From Lama glama (lineage: Eukaryota): DNA of 64,000 nt. Shown here piece by piece: positions 13,648-26,503 of this stretch. Under the pieces are notes generated by a model that saw only the letters and a list, made by a program, of their open reading frames with translations, was not told the DNA's origin and searched no databases. A program made the position numbers and the translations under genes. Location: contig CM052816.1 in NCBI GenBank assembly GCA_028534125.1, positions 74,712,001-74,776,000 of the forward strand. Direction: 5' to 3'. Every line of letters starts with the position of its first letter. Position 1 is the stretch's first letter.

Positions 13648-14255
13648 AAAATTTTTCTTCTTTTTACCAGCTTTATTAAAATATACTTGATATGTAATGT
13701 GTAAGTTTAAGATGTACCATGTGAAGATTTAATACAAGTATATATTGCAAATCGTCTATCTGATAAGGTGTTAATATCCAAAATATATGAGGAACTCACG
13801 CAACTCAATGACAAAAAACCAAACAATCCACTTAAAAACATGGGCCAAGGACCTGAATAGACATTTTTTCCAAAGGAGAAAGGCATACAGCAGCTAATAG
13901 ACACATGAAAAGATGCTCAACATCACAAATAGAGAGGGAAATGCAAATCAAAATACAATTAAAAAGAAAGGAAAAAAACTCACAGTGAGATATTACCTCA
14001 CACATTAGAGTGGCAATTATCAAAAAGACAAGAAATAACAAGTGTTGGCAAGGATGTGGAGAAAAGAGAACACTTCTGCACTGTTGGTGGGAATGTAAAT
14101 TGGTCCGGCCACTGTGGAAAGCAGTATGGAGATTCCTCAAAAAGTTAAAAAGAATTACCATATGATCCAGCAATTCCATTTCTGGGTATTTATTGGAAAA
14201 AAAATGAAATCACTGTCTGAAAGACATATCTGCTCCATGGTATTGCAGCATTATT
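13648..14255 (-). mobile_element. L1 (L1MA9-like) with 5' inversion
   Basis: Antisense 3' tail at 13648-13750 joined to a sense ORF2-end piece at ~13745-14255. TSD caaagcaattt at 13637-13647 and 14256-14266. Confidence 0.85.
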
Positions 14256-15714
14256 CAAAGCAATTTTAGTGGAACTTTGTTCTCTAATCCATTTACAGTA
14301 CTAGCTTCAAAGATTTAAAAGAGAAAGGAATATATTGTATGTAATTACGAATTCAAGAGTTCTTGATATTTTACCTTTAAAACCATTGCTTCTCTAGTCA
14401 GAGTCTCTTCTTTCTTCATGTTGGCACCTGTAGCAACTTTTCCTGTAGCTGTTTGTGAACTTATTGGCAGATAGATCCATGTGTCTTTTTCCCTCAATAA
14501 TTTTATTTTAATGAAAACTGCCAAGCAGGTGCTACATCGGTGTGCTGGTGTTCTGTTCATTCCTGAGGATAAGAGAAGAAATATTAATCGTTATTCTCCT
14601 TGACTTGGGGATTTTACAGCCAACAAATACCTTCTTTTTTTTAGATCTGCACACTTTTCAGGGTGGATTCAGAGATTTATGGCTGGGGGGTAATTTTTTT
14701 TAAATAGAGAGAGAGAATAAAAGTGAAGATTTTGATACTCTTTTGACAAAGAGACACACACATATTCATGTAGTCAGTCAGCAAGACGGTGCACGTACAG
14801 ATGTGCATACACCAGAGAAAGGGCAATTCTTGAAAGCACACAACTTAGCTATAGAGACTTACCTCCCTGCACATTAGCCCGTGATCCCGGGGTGTGGATG
14901 GAGACTGCAAGAGGAGCTGGTTTGCATAACGCACATTATGACTTCAAAAACATCCTCAGCACTGATATTTTTCCAATGTCTCCCTACTCACTTTTTGTCT
15001 TCTACATTCCTCTAGTCTCCCTAAAGGTACAACTAATTATATATTCTTGTTTTCTGGTTAAGTGAAATTTTACTAGGTACAATTTTTACCTTTTAGAGTC
15101 CTTCATTAAAATAAAGAGCAAAGAGATAATACATAAAAGACTAATTCAATTCCTTTCCAGAACTATTATCCACTTTCAAGCCCTTTGGTTTAATTTCTTC
15201 CGTGCTTTGGTCTGAATTAAGAATTATAGATGGTAGAGTTATAGAATTTTAAATTCGTTCATCCTTTCAACCACAAATATGGACAGTTTTCTATACTCCT
15301 GGCATGGTGTAGACTTTGCATATACAGTGGTCTAAAAAAATAAATACATAAAGGAACAACATGCCCCTGCCCTCACTGAGCTTCCAGAAGTTTAGCTATG
15401 TACATTAGTTATTTATGCTTTTGAGATTCTTTGCAAAAATAAGAGTTGAATTTGCTACATTTATAAAGGAGATGATTATAATCGAAATGTATAGACGGTA
15501 GCCTTGAAGAATAAAGATGAACTTTATGCTAGAGTGTTATAAAATGAAAGCAGTTCAGCTGTAGTTCCATGATGAAATTCGTATTCCTGTGAGGACAGCA
15601 GAAGGCAGCTGTCTTGAGACCCAGCTAAACTCCAGGAGGATGTGATATTTGGGGGGATAGCACTGTTCTTTGGAGTATTTCTTTAAATAATAAGGATGTC
15701 AAGAAAACTGTGGA

Positions 15715-15895
15715 ACAAAAGGAAAGAAGAAATGGAAATAAAGAAGAGAGTGTACAAAGAGAAAACAGATGGCTGAAAAGAAAGGAAAGAATGAGCTAGA
15801 AGAGGTAGGAGGGGAGAAGAAAGAGGACAGGTGATGGGTGAGGGTAGGGGGATGGAGAGAAAGGAAGGAGTTTGGGAAGAAGAGAGGACTCAGAA
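15715..15895. repeat. Purine-rich low-complexity tract
   Basis: Strongly A/G-biased on the + strand. Confidence 0.7.
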
Positions 15896-16499
15896 ATGGC
15901 TAGTGGTTTCCTGAGACACAAAGAAGGAAAATAACCACCGAGATTTTTTCCTTAAAAAAAGAAATATGCCCCAGCCATCCCTTCCTCATTGCTGCCCCCT
16001 CCCTGCAGCCCACTCCAGCCCACCCTTGTTTGAAGCATTTTCCAGGGAAGTTTAGGTCCCCTTGGGCCACTTTCCTATCTTTTCTCCAAAGCATCTTCCT
16101 GGAGGCTTTTACCCTTCTCCCTAATCCAACTCTAGAAGCTCTGGCATTGTAAGTCTTCAAGGAGAAATTGGTTCTGACCTAATTCTGAAATAGATCTAAT
16201 GAGTTAAAATAAAAGCAGTCTTTTAAAAACATGGCTTCATTAAAATCATCTGCTTCTTTATTTAAATAGCTTTTCTCTGAATTCCTTCTATGAAGAAAGA
16301 TGCAATGAAAAAAGATCCGAGAGAAAGGATGAACACGTTTTAATGAGCATCTTTTATTTTGGTAATTAGAATTCATGAAGTGACAACACTTAAGTACTGA
16401 ATGCAATCTTCAAGATATTTTTATTCCAAAACCTTGTCTATGTATTTTGTTTTAAAAATTTTTGCCTAGAAGCCCAATTGGAGGAAGAAAAATGCTGAA

Positions 16500-16722
16500 A
16501 TGTATGGGCGTAAACACTGACCTCTGTGATTTGTATTCAGCGGAGATCCCCACCCAAGTCTGGGTGTGGCACATGGTGTCAGGTGTGTTACTCAAACACT
16601 AAGGCTCCACGTCTTTCATATGTAAAATGGAAGAACAGCATTTACCCTTCAGGACTATCAGGATTAGAGAAGATACAAATGAAGACATATGGGAGGCAAT
16701 AAATAAATGCCGTCTACTATTA
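16500..16722 (+). mobile_element. MIR SINE remnant
   Basis: Core-like tttcatatgtaaaatggaag...aggattagagaagata. Confidence 0.6.
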
Positions 16723-17667
16723 GGGTGCCTGCCCTCGGGGCTCCCTTTTCTTGACCTTCTAATGCTAATTTTTCTGCTGCTGTTGTGGCTGCTGTGGCCT
16801 AGGTGTTATATCAGCAAGTGTGTTAGACGCATGTAGAATCACAGTTAACAGCATTTGAGAGGCTGTTCTAATGGCCAATTGCATGACCTTCAGTGCTTGG
16901 AATCCTTGATGACTATTTAGGCAGCTCAAAAACTTCTCTTGCCTTTTTCCTGGTACTCGGCCGAGTACAGCAGTCTGTAAATGGTCTGCCTCGGTGATGT
17001 ATTGCTATAGCTTCAGTGATCCACCGCAAGGTTTTCGGGTTCAAGTGCAAGTAGTTTTGCTTTGGCTTAGAAACTTTGAAATCATCCATATGGGAAATCA
17101 CCCAGCTTCCATCTGAGTAAAGTAGTATTGCAGAGAAATGAGTAAGTTTTTTTGAATAAAAATTTTAGACTGAATAAAAGTTTCAGATTCTCCCATGCCT
17201 TCTAAGAGGTCATTGCCTCAAGATGTCAATTATATTTTGTAGGGAGACAGGTGACCTTTAATTTGGGTTCCACCCACCTCTAAACTATTCATTTCAAACA
17301 TGGGTAAATGCAGACAGATACTACATATTCCAAACAGTGTGTATGTGTGTATTATTTTATCCAGGGTTTCTTCTTCATTTTCTAGCAGAGAAGGTAGTGC
17401 AGGATAGCAAATACATATATAATACATGTACAGAAGAAGTGTATTCTCTGCTTCCTCCATTCTTACTGGGGCTCCCACAAACCTTTGACATCTTTTGAGA
17501 CCCATGTCCTTCCAAAAGTAACCATGTGGTGCACCTCTCTGCTCTGCTCTTCACAACGTGGCTCTCATCCATGAAATGATGACCTTTCCTGCTCATCTCT
17601 CACATCAAAATCTGTGCTGTGTCCTTTTGGTATATTCATATGGCCTTAGAAATGGAAGATTAGGAGC

Positions 17668-18647
17668 TCCCAGTTCTCAGGTTTTTTTGGTTTCAGTGTC
17701 TACTTTATATTCTTAAAAATTATTCACAATCCCAAATAGTTTTGTTTATGCAGGTTATATCTATCAAGATGTAACATATTAGAAATTTAAATCTCAACCT
17801 ATTACATGTTAAGATAAATAACATTTTTATGAGAAATAATTGCATTTTCCAGAAATTTATAAGAGGAGTGGCACTGTTTTACATATTTACAAAAACCTTT
17901 AATGTCTGATTAATAGAAGATAGTTTTTCTTCTCTCACATCTGCCTCTGTATTCAATCTGTTGTATTATTTCTTCAAATAGCCCCTGGAAAGCCCCACTG
18001 CGCACTCATGAAAGAATGAGAGTGAAAAAGTCAAAAAACATCTTAGTGTTTGTATTATTTTCTACTGCTATTGTAACAAACTGCTACAAATTAAGAGGCT
18101 TAGAACAACACAAATGTATTATCTTACAGTTCTGAAGATCCGAAATCCAAAATGGGTCTCACTGAGTTAAAATCAAGGTGCTGGCAGGGTTGTGTTCTTT
18201 CTGAAAGCTCTCGAGGAGAATCTGGTTTTTTTCTCCTTTCCAGCTTTGAGAGGCGACCAGCATTTCTCATCCTTGGCCCCTTCTTCCACCTTCAAGCTCA
18301 GCAATGCTGGACTCAGTCCTCCACACACTACCATTTCTCTGGGCTCCTCTTCAGATTCCCTCTTCCACACCCTTGTTATTACACTGGACTCACTCACACA
18401 CAATGCAGCACAGTCTCTTTATTTTAAGGTCCCATGATTAACAACTTTAATTCCTTACAGCCTTAACCCCCTTTGCCATTAATGTAACATATTCATAGGT
18501 TCCTGAAACTAGAACATAGACCTCTTTGGGAGAGTGTTATTCTGCCTACCACAGTATTATTATTATTAAATTCATTTTGACCTCATGGATCCCTGGAGAG
18601 GGTCTCAGGGAACTTCAGGATTCCCAGATCCTACTTTGAGAACTATT
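17668..18647 (+). mobile_element. Charlie4a-like hAT transposon split by an MLT1 LTR
   Basis: cttaaaaattatt...ttttgtttatgcaggttatatctatc at the 5' end, ttttgacctcatggatccc...ctttgagaac at the 3' end. Confidence 0.75.
18051..18553 (-). mobile_element. MLT1 (MaLR) solo LTR, MLT1B/C-like
   Basis: TG...CA ends, aacaacacaaatgtattatcttacagttctg, near-matching 5-bp TSD gtgtt/gtatt. Confidence 0.9.
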
Positions 18648-19668
18648 ATTCTATGATATCCCTAATAGGTAGCACGTGCTTGACAAAGTACTTCACATAG
18701 CCGCCTTTTGAAAATAGCAGATAAAATTTAAACTTTTAAAACTTGCCTTTTGTAACTCCCACTCAGTTATGTTCTTCTAGTCTTTGGCGCTGTAGGAAAA
18801 AAACCTACTCCTTCTACAATGTTGACAGCCTTTCGAATGTTTAGAGTTTTTGGACCCCACATTTTTTCTCTTCTGTTACATGGACAGACCCTTATTAGAA
18901 AAGTTATGAGGACATCAACAGTGATAACATTTGTTCAAACTCTACGTATCCGTCAAGGCCCAGTTTAGCGTCATAAACTTCCTCAGATGCCTCTAATCAA
19001 TTATGTTTGCTTCTTCTGATCTTCCATTGCTCATTACCAGAAAAGTCATTTATATTCAGAGATATTCAGTGTGAAAATACAGTAGATTTCCTGAGGGCAA
19101 GGTCTTTCTCTCATTTCTTCTTACATTACACACAGGTTAGTATCTGTTGGAGAAGGAACTCACTAAATGATTTTGAGTGAAAGGATAAAAGAATTGGAGC
19201 AGGGGTCCCAGGTAGAGCCCATGTTGACCTGTGGTCACAGGAGCACCTGGCATGGTTGAGGGCTCCATGCAGGAGGCCTGAGAGCAGAGGCTCCTGCCTG
19301 CAGGGCACTCATCCCAAGGGAAAGGAACACTGGGACACACTTTGATGTGAGGAGTATGCCGTGGGTTTGAGGAGAAACAACTGAGCATAACACAGGGTCT
19401 GCCACTGGGGCTGTCTTGAGTGCTAGGGAGCAAGGACTCAGAATGAAAATGAAAAGCACTATTTCCTGAAAGTCTCTACAATAACAGGTAGCATAGCGCA
19501 GCCCCATCCACGTTCTAGTGAGTGTCATGTGATGAGACAATGCACAACTTCTCTAAGGCACAGACTTGTACCATCATAGCAGGACCTGCTCAAGACTTCT
19601 GCTCAAGTGGAGTTAAGATCTCTGGGCGATGGCAGCTTTAGCAGAGACAGATTGTTAAAACTCCTTTC

Positions 19669-20365
19669 TTTGATCAACACCTCTCCATTTTCCTCACCCT
19701 TCAGCCCCAAGTTACCACCATTCTACCCTCTGCTTCTAAGAGTCTGACTTTCTTAGATGCCATATGTGAGTGAGATCCTGTAGTATTATCCATCTGTGTC
19801 TGGCTTATTTCACTTAGCATAATACCCTCGAAGTCCTTCTATGCTGTTGCATTGACAGGAGTCCCTTCTTTTTAAAGGCTGAATAATATTCACATATATA
19901 TTCATATTCATATATATATGTATATATATGTGTATATGTGTATATATATATATCTCAATCACATTTCCTTTGCCCCTTCATCCATTGACAGACACTTAGG
20001 TTGTTTCCATATCTTGGCTATTGTGAAAAATGCTGCAATGAACATGGGGTTGCAGTTATCTCTTTGAGGTACTGATTTCATTTCCTTTGGAGTTTCAGAT
20101 ATATAGGATGGATAATTTCTAGAGATATAATATACAACAGGGTGGCTGTCATTCACAATACTGTATCATATACTTGAAATTTGCTAACAGTAGATCTTAA
20201 TTGTTCTCAAACCAAAAAAGGTAACTGTGAGATGATGGTGTTAAGCAGCTTGATTGTGGTAAAAACTTCACATCGTGTACATACATCCATCAAAATATCA
20301 CACTGGACACTTTAAATATGGAAAAATATTATTTGTCAATTAAACCTCAGTAAAGCTGGAGGGAA
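19669..20365 (+). mobile_element. L1 (L1MA9-like) with twin-priming 5' inversion
   Basis: Antisense piece 19669-~20090 followed by a sense 3' end ~20091-20365. TSD aaaactc(c)tttc at 19657-19668 and 20366-20376. Confidence 0.85.
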
Positions 20366-20376
20366 AAAACTCTTTC

Positions 20377-21222
20377 AAGTCAAAACTACAATGAGGTATC
20401 ACCTCACACCAGTCAGAATGGCTATCATTAAAAAGTCCACGAACGATAAATGCTGGAGAGGGTGTGGAGGAAAGGGAACCCTCCTATGCTGTACATAAGA
20501 ATGTAATCTGGTGCAGCCACTACGGAAAATAGTATGGAGATTCCTCAAAAAACTAATAGACTTACCACATGATCCAGCAATCCCACTCCTGGGCATATAT
20601 CCAGAGGGAACTTAAATTCAAAAAGATATATACACCCCAATGTTCATATTGGCACTGTTTACAATAGTCAAGACATGGAAGCAATCTAAATGTCCATCTT
20701 TACCCAATCACTGGATAGAGAAGCTGTGGTATATTTATACAATGGAATAATACTCATCCATAAAAAAGAATGAAATAATGCCATTTGCAGCAATGTGAAT
20801 GGACCTAGAGATGATCATACCAAGTGAAGTAAGCCAGACAGAGAAAAACAAATAACAGATGACAAATGTATGTTTATATGTGGAATCTAATAAAAAAAAG
20901 ACATAAATGAACTCATTTACAAAACAGAAATATACTCATAGACATAGAAAACATATTTATCATTACCAAAGGGGAAGGGAACATAAATTAGGAGTTTGGG
21001 ATTAGCAGATACACACTACTAAATACAAAATAGATAAAATACAAGGACATACTGTATAGTACAGGAAACTACATTCAATATCTTGTAGTAACCTGTAATG
21101 AAAAAGAATATACACGTATATATATATGTATAACTGAATCATTATGCTGTACACCAGAAACTAACACAACATTGTAAATCAACTCTACTTCAATAAAAAA
21201 TAAAATAAATAAATAAAATTTT
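20377..21222 (+). mobile_element. Young cetartiodactyl-type L1, 5'-truncated (ORF2 end + 3'UTR + A tail)
   Basis: acaatgaggtatcacctcacaccagtcagaatggc...aacacaacattgtaaatcaactctacttcaataaaaaa. Confidence 0.93.
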
Positions 21223-22616
21223 AAAAGACAGTCAACACAAATATTAATTTTTACAGTATGAATGAGAGGAGAGGCAAAATAGAGCAGCAGTAGCTTCCTT
21301 ACCTTTTGAGTGAAAGTATTTCCTCTTCTTTTGAGCTCAGACAGGGTGGCAGGTACAGAGGTGGTCATTCACTGTTATCAGAGATGCAAAGCAACAAGGC
21401 TCCTTCGTGCAGGGAAGAGGGTGGAGCTACCACATAATAGCTCAGGAGCTAGTGCTTCTCTTGAAAGACACAATCTAAACAGAAGGAATTGGATTTTGAA
21501 TGCGGGTGGAGGCCCTAGAATTGTGGAAAGCGTAGAGCCAGGAGAAAAGTTCTGTTTCAGCTCCTTTTTGTTACCTCCAGAATGGCGTGGCCCACATTTC
21601 ATGAACTGCAGCTGGCCATCCTGGCTTGACTTGCTCACAGTTTTGCTTCCCAGAGGAAGAACCTTGGTCTCCCCATCCCTGACTCATTGCTGTTGTTATA
21701 GAAGTTCCTGAAATGTGGGAGTCATTCTCCAATTAGCACTCTTCCATTGGGCTAATATTTAGCCTCTTCTGCAAATACTTAATTTAGCTCTTATTAGAAT
21801 CTTTTTTTCTTGAAATCAGATCTGTTTACTATTAACAACTCAAAAACAATTCAGATATATTAGTTTCAAATAATTAGAAACATAATTACATAAAATATTG
21901 TATAAATATGGTAATTTATTCCTTGTTTGCTCAGTAAAGAAGTCAGATAAACGTACTGATTTTAGTATTTTGATGGTGTAAATATACATGTGGCACTGAT
22001 TGTCATCATGATCTCAAAATTAAGTAATCATGTTCTCACACAAAAATTGCATAACACTCATTTTGGTCCAAGGTTAGAGATACCAGTAAAAATACAAATG
22101 CTGCTCTGCATCAGATGAGAACATTGGTTTAGTTTCCCTACCCTCCACATCCAGACATCTGTATCTGCATTCCATCCTAAACGACCAGGGTCTCGACCAC
22201 TTACTGAATGCCTGCCAGGGCAAGTACTAAGGTGTCCTGGGTCCACACTGGTCATTTCTGTAGTGTAGCTCCTCTTCCAGCCTGAACTTTGGGTGATGTG
22301 CTCTGATGTCAGTTGTGATGTAGTTACTCCCACCTGTTCTTCAAACACTGTGGCTGAAATGCCATTGTTACTGGCATTGGTGATAATATCTGTGGTTTTT
22401 GCCTTTGTCTTGGGTCACAATGTCATTTAGTGTCATACTGACACCAGAATCCTGTGGGTTCCCTAACTCATTTACCACCAGCTTTTTGGTTGCTCTTCCA
22501 TAATACACTAAGTCATCCTGCCAAGATTTTTTTTTCTGTTACTGGTATTTGACCACCCAAATGCTGCATTGGACTTGAAGCTTTGCTCCTAGGCTTGCAC
22601 TCTTCCTGGATAGAAG

Positions 22617-23058
22617 TGTGGGTGAAGGATATTGCCTGACATATCAATAAACAAAGGATGTTTTGGTCATCAAGACATCAGCCCCTGCAGCCACCCCCAA
22701 AAGCGTACCATGAGGGGATTCAGGATGGGGAAAAATAGGATACTAGCCCTAGATAGTTAAGGTGCAGATCAAAGGAATTATTTCAATAAGCCTAGACTCT
22801 TGATCTTCCTATACATAGAAAAGTGCTAAATTCATTAACTTGAGATGTCTGTTTTTTCTTTAATGAACTGTAATGTCTTGATGTTTGTACTACCTGGTTT
22901 TGGTTGTAAAAACTCCTACATATCCTGGCTCCTTCCTCACCTCTTTGGAACAGTCTCTCAGAGCTGTCTGGGAGGCTGTCTCCTGAGCTTAAGTCCTCCA
23001 TTTGTTCACTGAATAAAACATGATTTTCAACTTTTGTGCATTTGTTTTTTAGTCAACA
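22617..23058 (+). mobile_element. ERV1-type solo LTR
   Basis: TG...CA termini, 4-bp TSD gaag (22613-22616 and 23059-23062), AATAAA near the 3' end. Confidence 0.85.
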
Positions 23059-23115
23059 GAAGCAAGGCACAATAACTTGCTGCTGTAAGATTTATCCTAA
23101 TCCCACTGGGTTTCT

Positions 23116-23560
23116 GTGGTGTTCATGAAAATGTACCTCTCAGATATCTGGCTTTGGGGAGAATAATTGACCCACAGCTCTACCTGCCATGCTCAGAAAT
23201 GCATCACTGTGCTTGAGTGAGGCCACATGTCCAAGGGACTGTGCCCAGTCAAGGAGGAGCATGGCCGGGATATTAAGGTCAGAAAACTACGTGGGAGGCA
23301 ACAGGACTCATCTGATGGGTGACTTTGGCTCAAGAGCTCCCTGTTTGCTTTTCCAAAACCTTCTAAGAACTGTGCTGCAGTCAATATCCTCCCTCCTTCC
23401 CTTTTCTCCCTGTCTCTTTCCCAGGCTCAGACCTTCATCACAGTCTGACAACTCTCCTGGATTTCTCCCCACTTCCTCTCACCAGTATTTCAGCCAATAA
23501 ATATCTTCCATGTCTAATCCAACCTTGGCATCTGTTTCTTCAAAGTCTAGGGCTATAATA
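23116..23560 (+). mobile_element. LTR16-like ERVL solo LTR
   Basis: tgtggtg start, caataaatatcttccatgtctaatcc...ttggcatctgtttct 3' end. Confidence 0.7.
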
Positions 23561-23960
23561 ATTTAGAACAACAAAAAATTCAATCCTCCTTCCTTGCTTC
23601 TTGGGGATACTATCTCTAAGATCTAAATCTCAGCCATATCTCTTCCAATTCCCCTCTTCCTATTTTCTAATTGACCTCTCCTTTTGGATGTGAGAATTGC
23701 AAATATTATCATTTTGCAAACACTTCAATTTTACTGTTTATTTTTGAAGCACTAAAATCTAGCCTTTCACTTTCTTCTTGCTTAGGGAAGTGAAGTTTTT
23801 TTTTGAATTTCAGAAAACAATCTCTAACCAAACAAATCAAACAAAAATCTCTTTTCTTCCCACAAAACTTGGCTATTACTTTTGCTTCCATACCATGTGT
23901 TCAAGAAAAATCCATTCATAAATTCAGTCTGCCCCTTGGTTTTAAGATGTGGTCACCCTC

Positions 23961-24460
23961 NNNNNNNNNNNNNNNNNNNNNNNNNNNNNNNNNNNNNNNN
24001 NNNNNNNNNNNNNNNNNNNNNNNNNNNNNNNNNNNNNNNNNNNNNNNNNNNNNNNNNNNNNNNNNNNNNNNNNNNNNNNNNNNNNNNNNNNNNNNNNNNN
24101 NNNNNNNNNNNNNNNNNNNNNNNNNNNNNNNNNNNNNNNNNNNNNNNNNNNNNNNNNNNNNNNNNNNNNNNNNNNNNNNNNNNNNNNNNNNNNNNNNNNN
24201 NNNNNNNNNNNNNNNNNNNNNNNNNNNNNNNNNNNNNNNNNNNNNNNNNNNNNNNNNNNNNNNNNNNNNNNNNNNNNNNNNNNNNNNNNNNNNNNNNNNN
24301 NNNNNNNNNNNNNNNNNNNNNNNNNNNNNNNNNNNNNNNNNNNNNNNNNNNNNNNNNNNNNNNNNNNNNNNNNNNNNNNNNNNNNNNNNNNNNNNNNNNN
24401 NNNNNNNNNNNNNNNNNNNNNNNNNNNNNNNNNNNNNNNNNNNNNNNNNNNNNNNNNNNN
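23961..24460. other. Assembly gap (500 N)
   Basis: N run abutting a young L1, whose 5' part probably lies in the gap. Confidence 1.
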
Positions 24461-25010
24461 TTTACAATAGCCAAGACATGGAAACAACCTAAATGTTCAT
24501 TAACAAATGACTGGTTAAATAAGTTGTGGTATATTTATACAGTAGAATGTTACTCAGTCATAAAAAGAATGAAATAATGCCATTTGCAGCAACATGGATG
24601 AACCTAGAGATTATCATACTAAGTGAAGTAAGTCAAAGACAAATATCATATATCACTTGTATGTGGAGTCTAAAAAATATGAAACAAATGAACCTATTTA
24701 CAAAACAAAAATAGACTCACAGACATAGAAAACAAACTTATGGTTACCAAAGCGGAGAGAGGGGTGGAGGGATATATTAGGAATTTGGGATTAACATATA
24801 CTCAACACTGTATATAAAATAGATAAGCAACAAGGACCTACTGTATAGCACAGGGAAATATACTCAGTAGCTTATAATAACCTATAATGGAAAAGAATCT
24901 GAAAAGGAATAGATAAATATACATATATATAACTGAATCACTTTGCTGTGCACCTGGAACTAACACAACACTGTAAATCAATAATACTTCAATGAAAAAA
25001 ATTTTTTTAA
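24461..25010 (+). mobile_element. Young cetartiodactyl-type L1 3' end
   Basis: tttacaatagccaagacatggaaacaacctaaatg...aaggacctactgtatagcacaggg...cttcaatgaaaaaa. Confidence 0.93.
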
Positions 25011-26097
25011 AGAGTTTAAAGTTGTAGTATGCCCTTCTTTCTCTCTTTTGGTAAAAAAATAGAGCGTTGGCAGTAGTTTTATTGTAAAGAGAATGAGCAG
25101 CTGAGCAGAAGCTAATGGGATCCAGAACTCTCTGGATTTCAGAGAGAGACCAGAGTGGAGCCCAGGTCTTGGGTCAGGCCAGGTTCAACTGGTGCTAGTC
25201 TCCTCACAAATCAAGGTCTGGATCAGAGCGGTGACTTGCTCACTCCCCGTCGGTGAAGGCCCGCAGAGTTGCAGAGTCATCCTCACATACAGGGAGGCTA
25301 CCAGTGCTTCTGAGGCTACCCCTGGGGGCTGAGGGGGTGGAGGGAAGCGCTGAAGAAGGAGGCCCTGGGTAGAGGGAGGTGGACATTTCATACAGTATCC
25401 CGACCCTGATGTAAGATCTCAGTGAGCTCAGCATAATATTCTAAAGAAACAGATTCTACAAAGAGTCACAAGCCTACCTGCTTAGAACGGAAAAGTTAGA
25501 TGAGAATAAATATTTTTTGTGGTGCTTTATGGAAAAAAAAAGAAGGGAAAATTAAGAGTAAATTTTGACAGTAAGCCACATATTTCCCCATTCACTTTCT
25601 CTTTACATTCTTCCCACCATTTAATGGTGGTAAAGGTTTTCTATAGCGAAGACCATCAGGACAGAAATGACACAGAAAAAATAAAATCTAAATTCTTAGT
25701 TATTAATTCTTACACAGTCTTCTGTAACCTATAATAGAGGCAACAGTTTTGAATACTCTGACTTCAATTGCAAAAGGTAAGCATGTAAGATAGAAAAACT
25801 ATCTATCATTTATATTTGTCTATTTATAAAAGTACTTATCATTTCAAAAGCTTCTTTTAAAACATTAAAAGCTATATAGGCTGATACCAAGATAGAGGAT
25901 GCATTTACAATATGAACCACAAAGTCTGGAAAAATTCCTTGATTTAAGAGAAAATTTTCCCACCATGGTGGGAGGAGATGGCGGTTCTTTTCTGGATTGA
26001 GAGGAGGAGCTTATAGGGGTGAACAAGAGAGTTTTAAATTCCAGCGTTAGGCTCTGCTCCCTATTTCTATCCTTCCTAAACATTGAAACACTAGGGG

Positions 26098-26124
26098 TGT
26101 GTGTGTGTGTGTGTGTGTGTGTGT
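26098..26124. repeat. (GT)n microsatellite
   Basis: Visible GT run. Confidence 0.95.
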
Positions 26125-26304
26125 AGTAGTGGGTATGTGATAGAAATCTCTGGATATGTTTGAATCATTGAAAGCTTATGGGTCTTGTGTCCCATTTTAC
26201 ATCTGAAATTGTAGATGATAATATTGCAGGGTTAAGTATGTTTCTCTCCGGGTCCATTGTAAAAGATAAAGAAACTCTAAAAAGAATAACAGGTAACGTC
26301 ACTA

Positions 26305-26503
26305 ATGCCTTTGAACAGCATAATTCTTTGTGATGGGGTCTGTCCTGTGCATCATGAGACTGTGAAGTGTTCAAAGCATGCCTGGTCTGTATCCACTGGA
26401 TACCAGGAGCACCTCCCACCCCAAGTTGTGACTATCGGAAATGTCTCCATACATTGTCAAATGTCCCCTGAGTAGCAAAATCATCCCTGGGTAAGAACCA
26501 CTG
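26305..26503 (+). mobile_element. MER20 hAT-Charlie transposon
   Basis: ataattctttgtgatggggtctgtcctgtgcat...aaatgtcccctg...aagaaccactg. Confidence 0.85.

Noticed and set aside
16953..16968. Perfect 16-bp palindrome gtactcggccgagtac
   Set aside because: About one is expected by chance in 64 kb (4^-8 per position).
23803..24577. ORFs of 173-231 aa
   Set aside because: Artefacts of the N gap.
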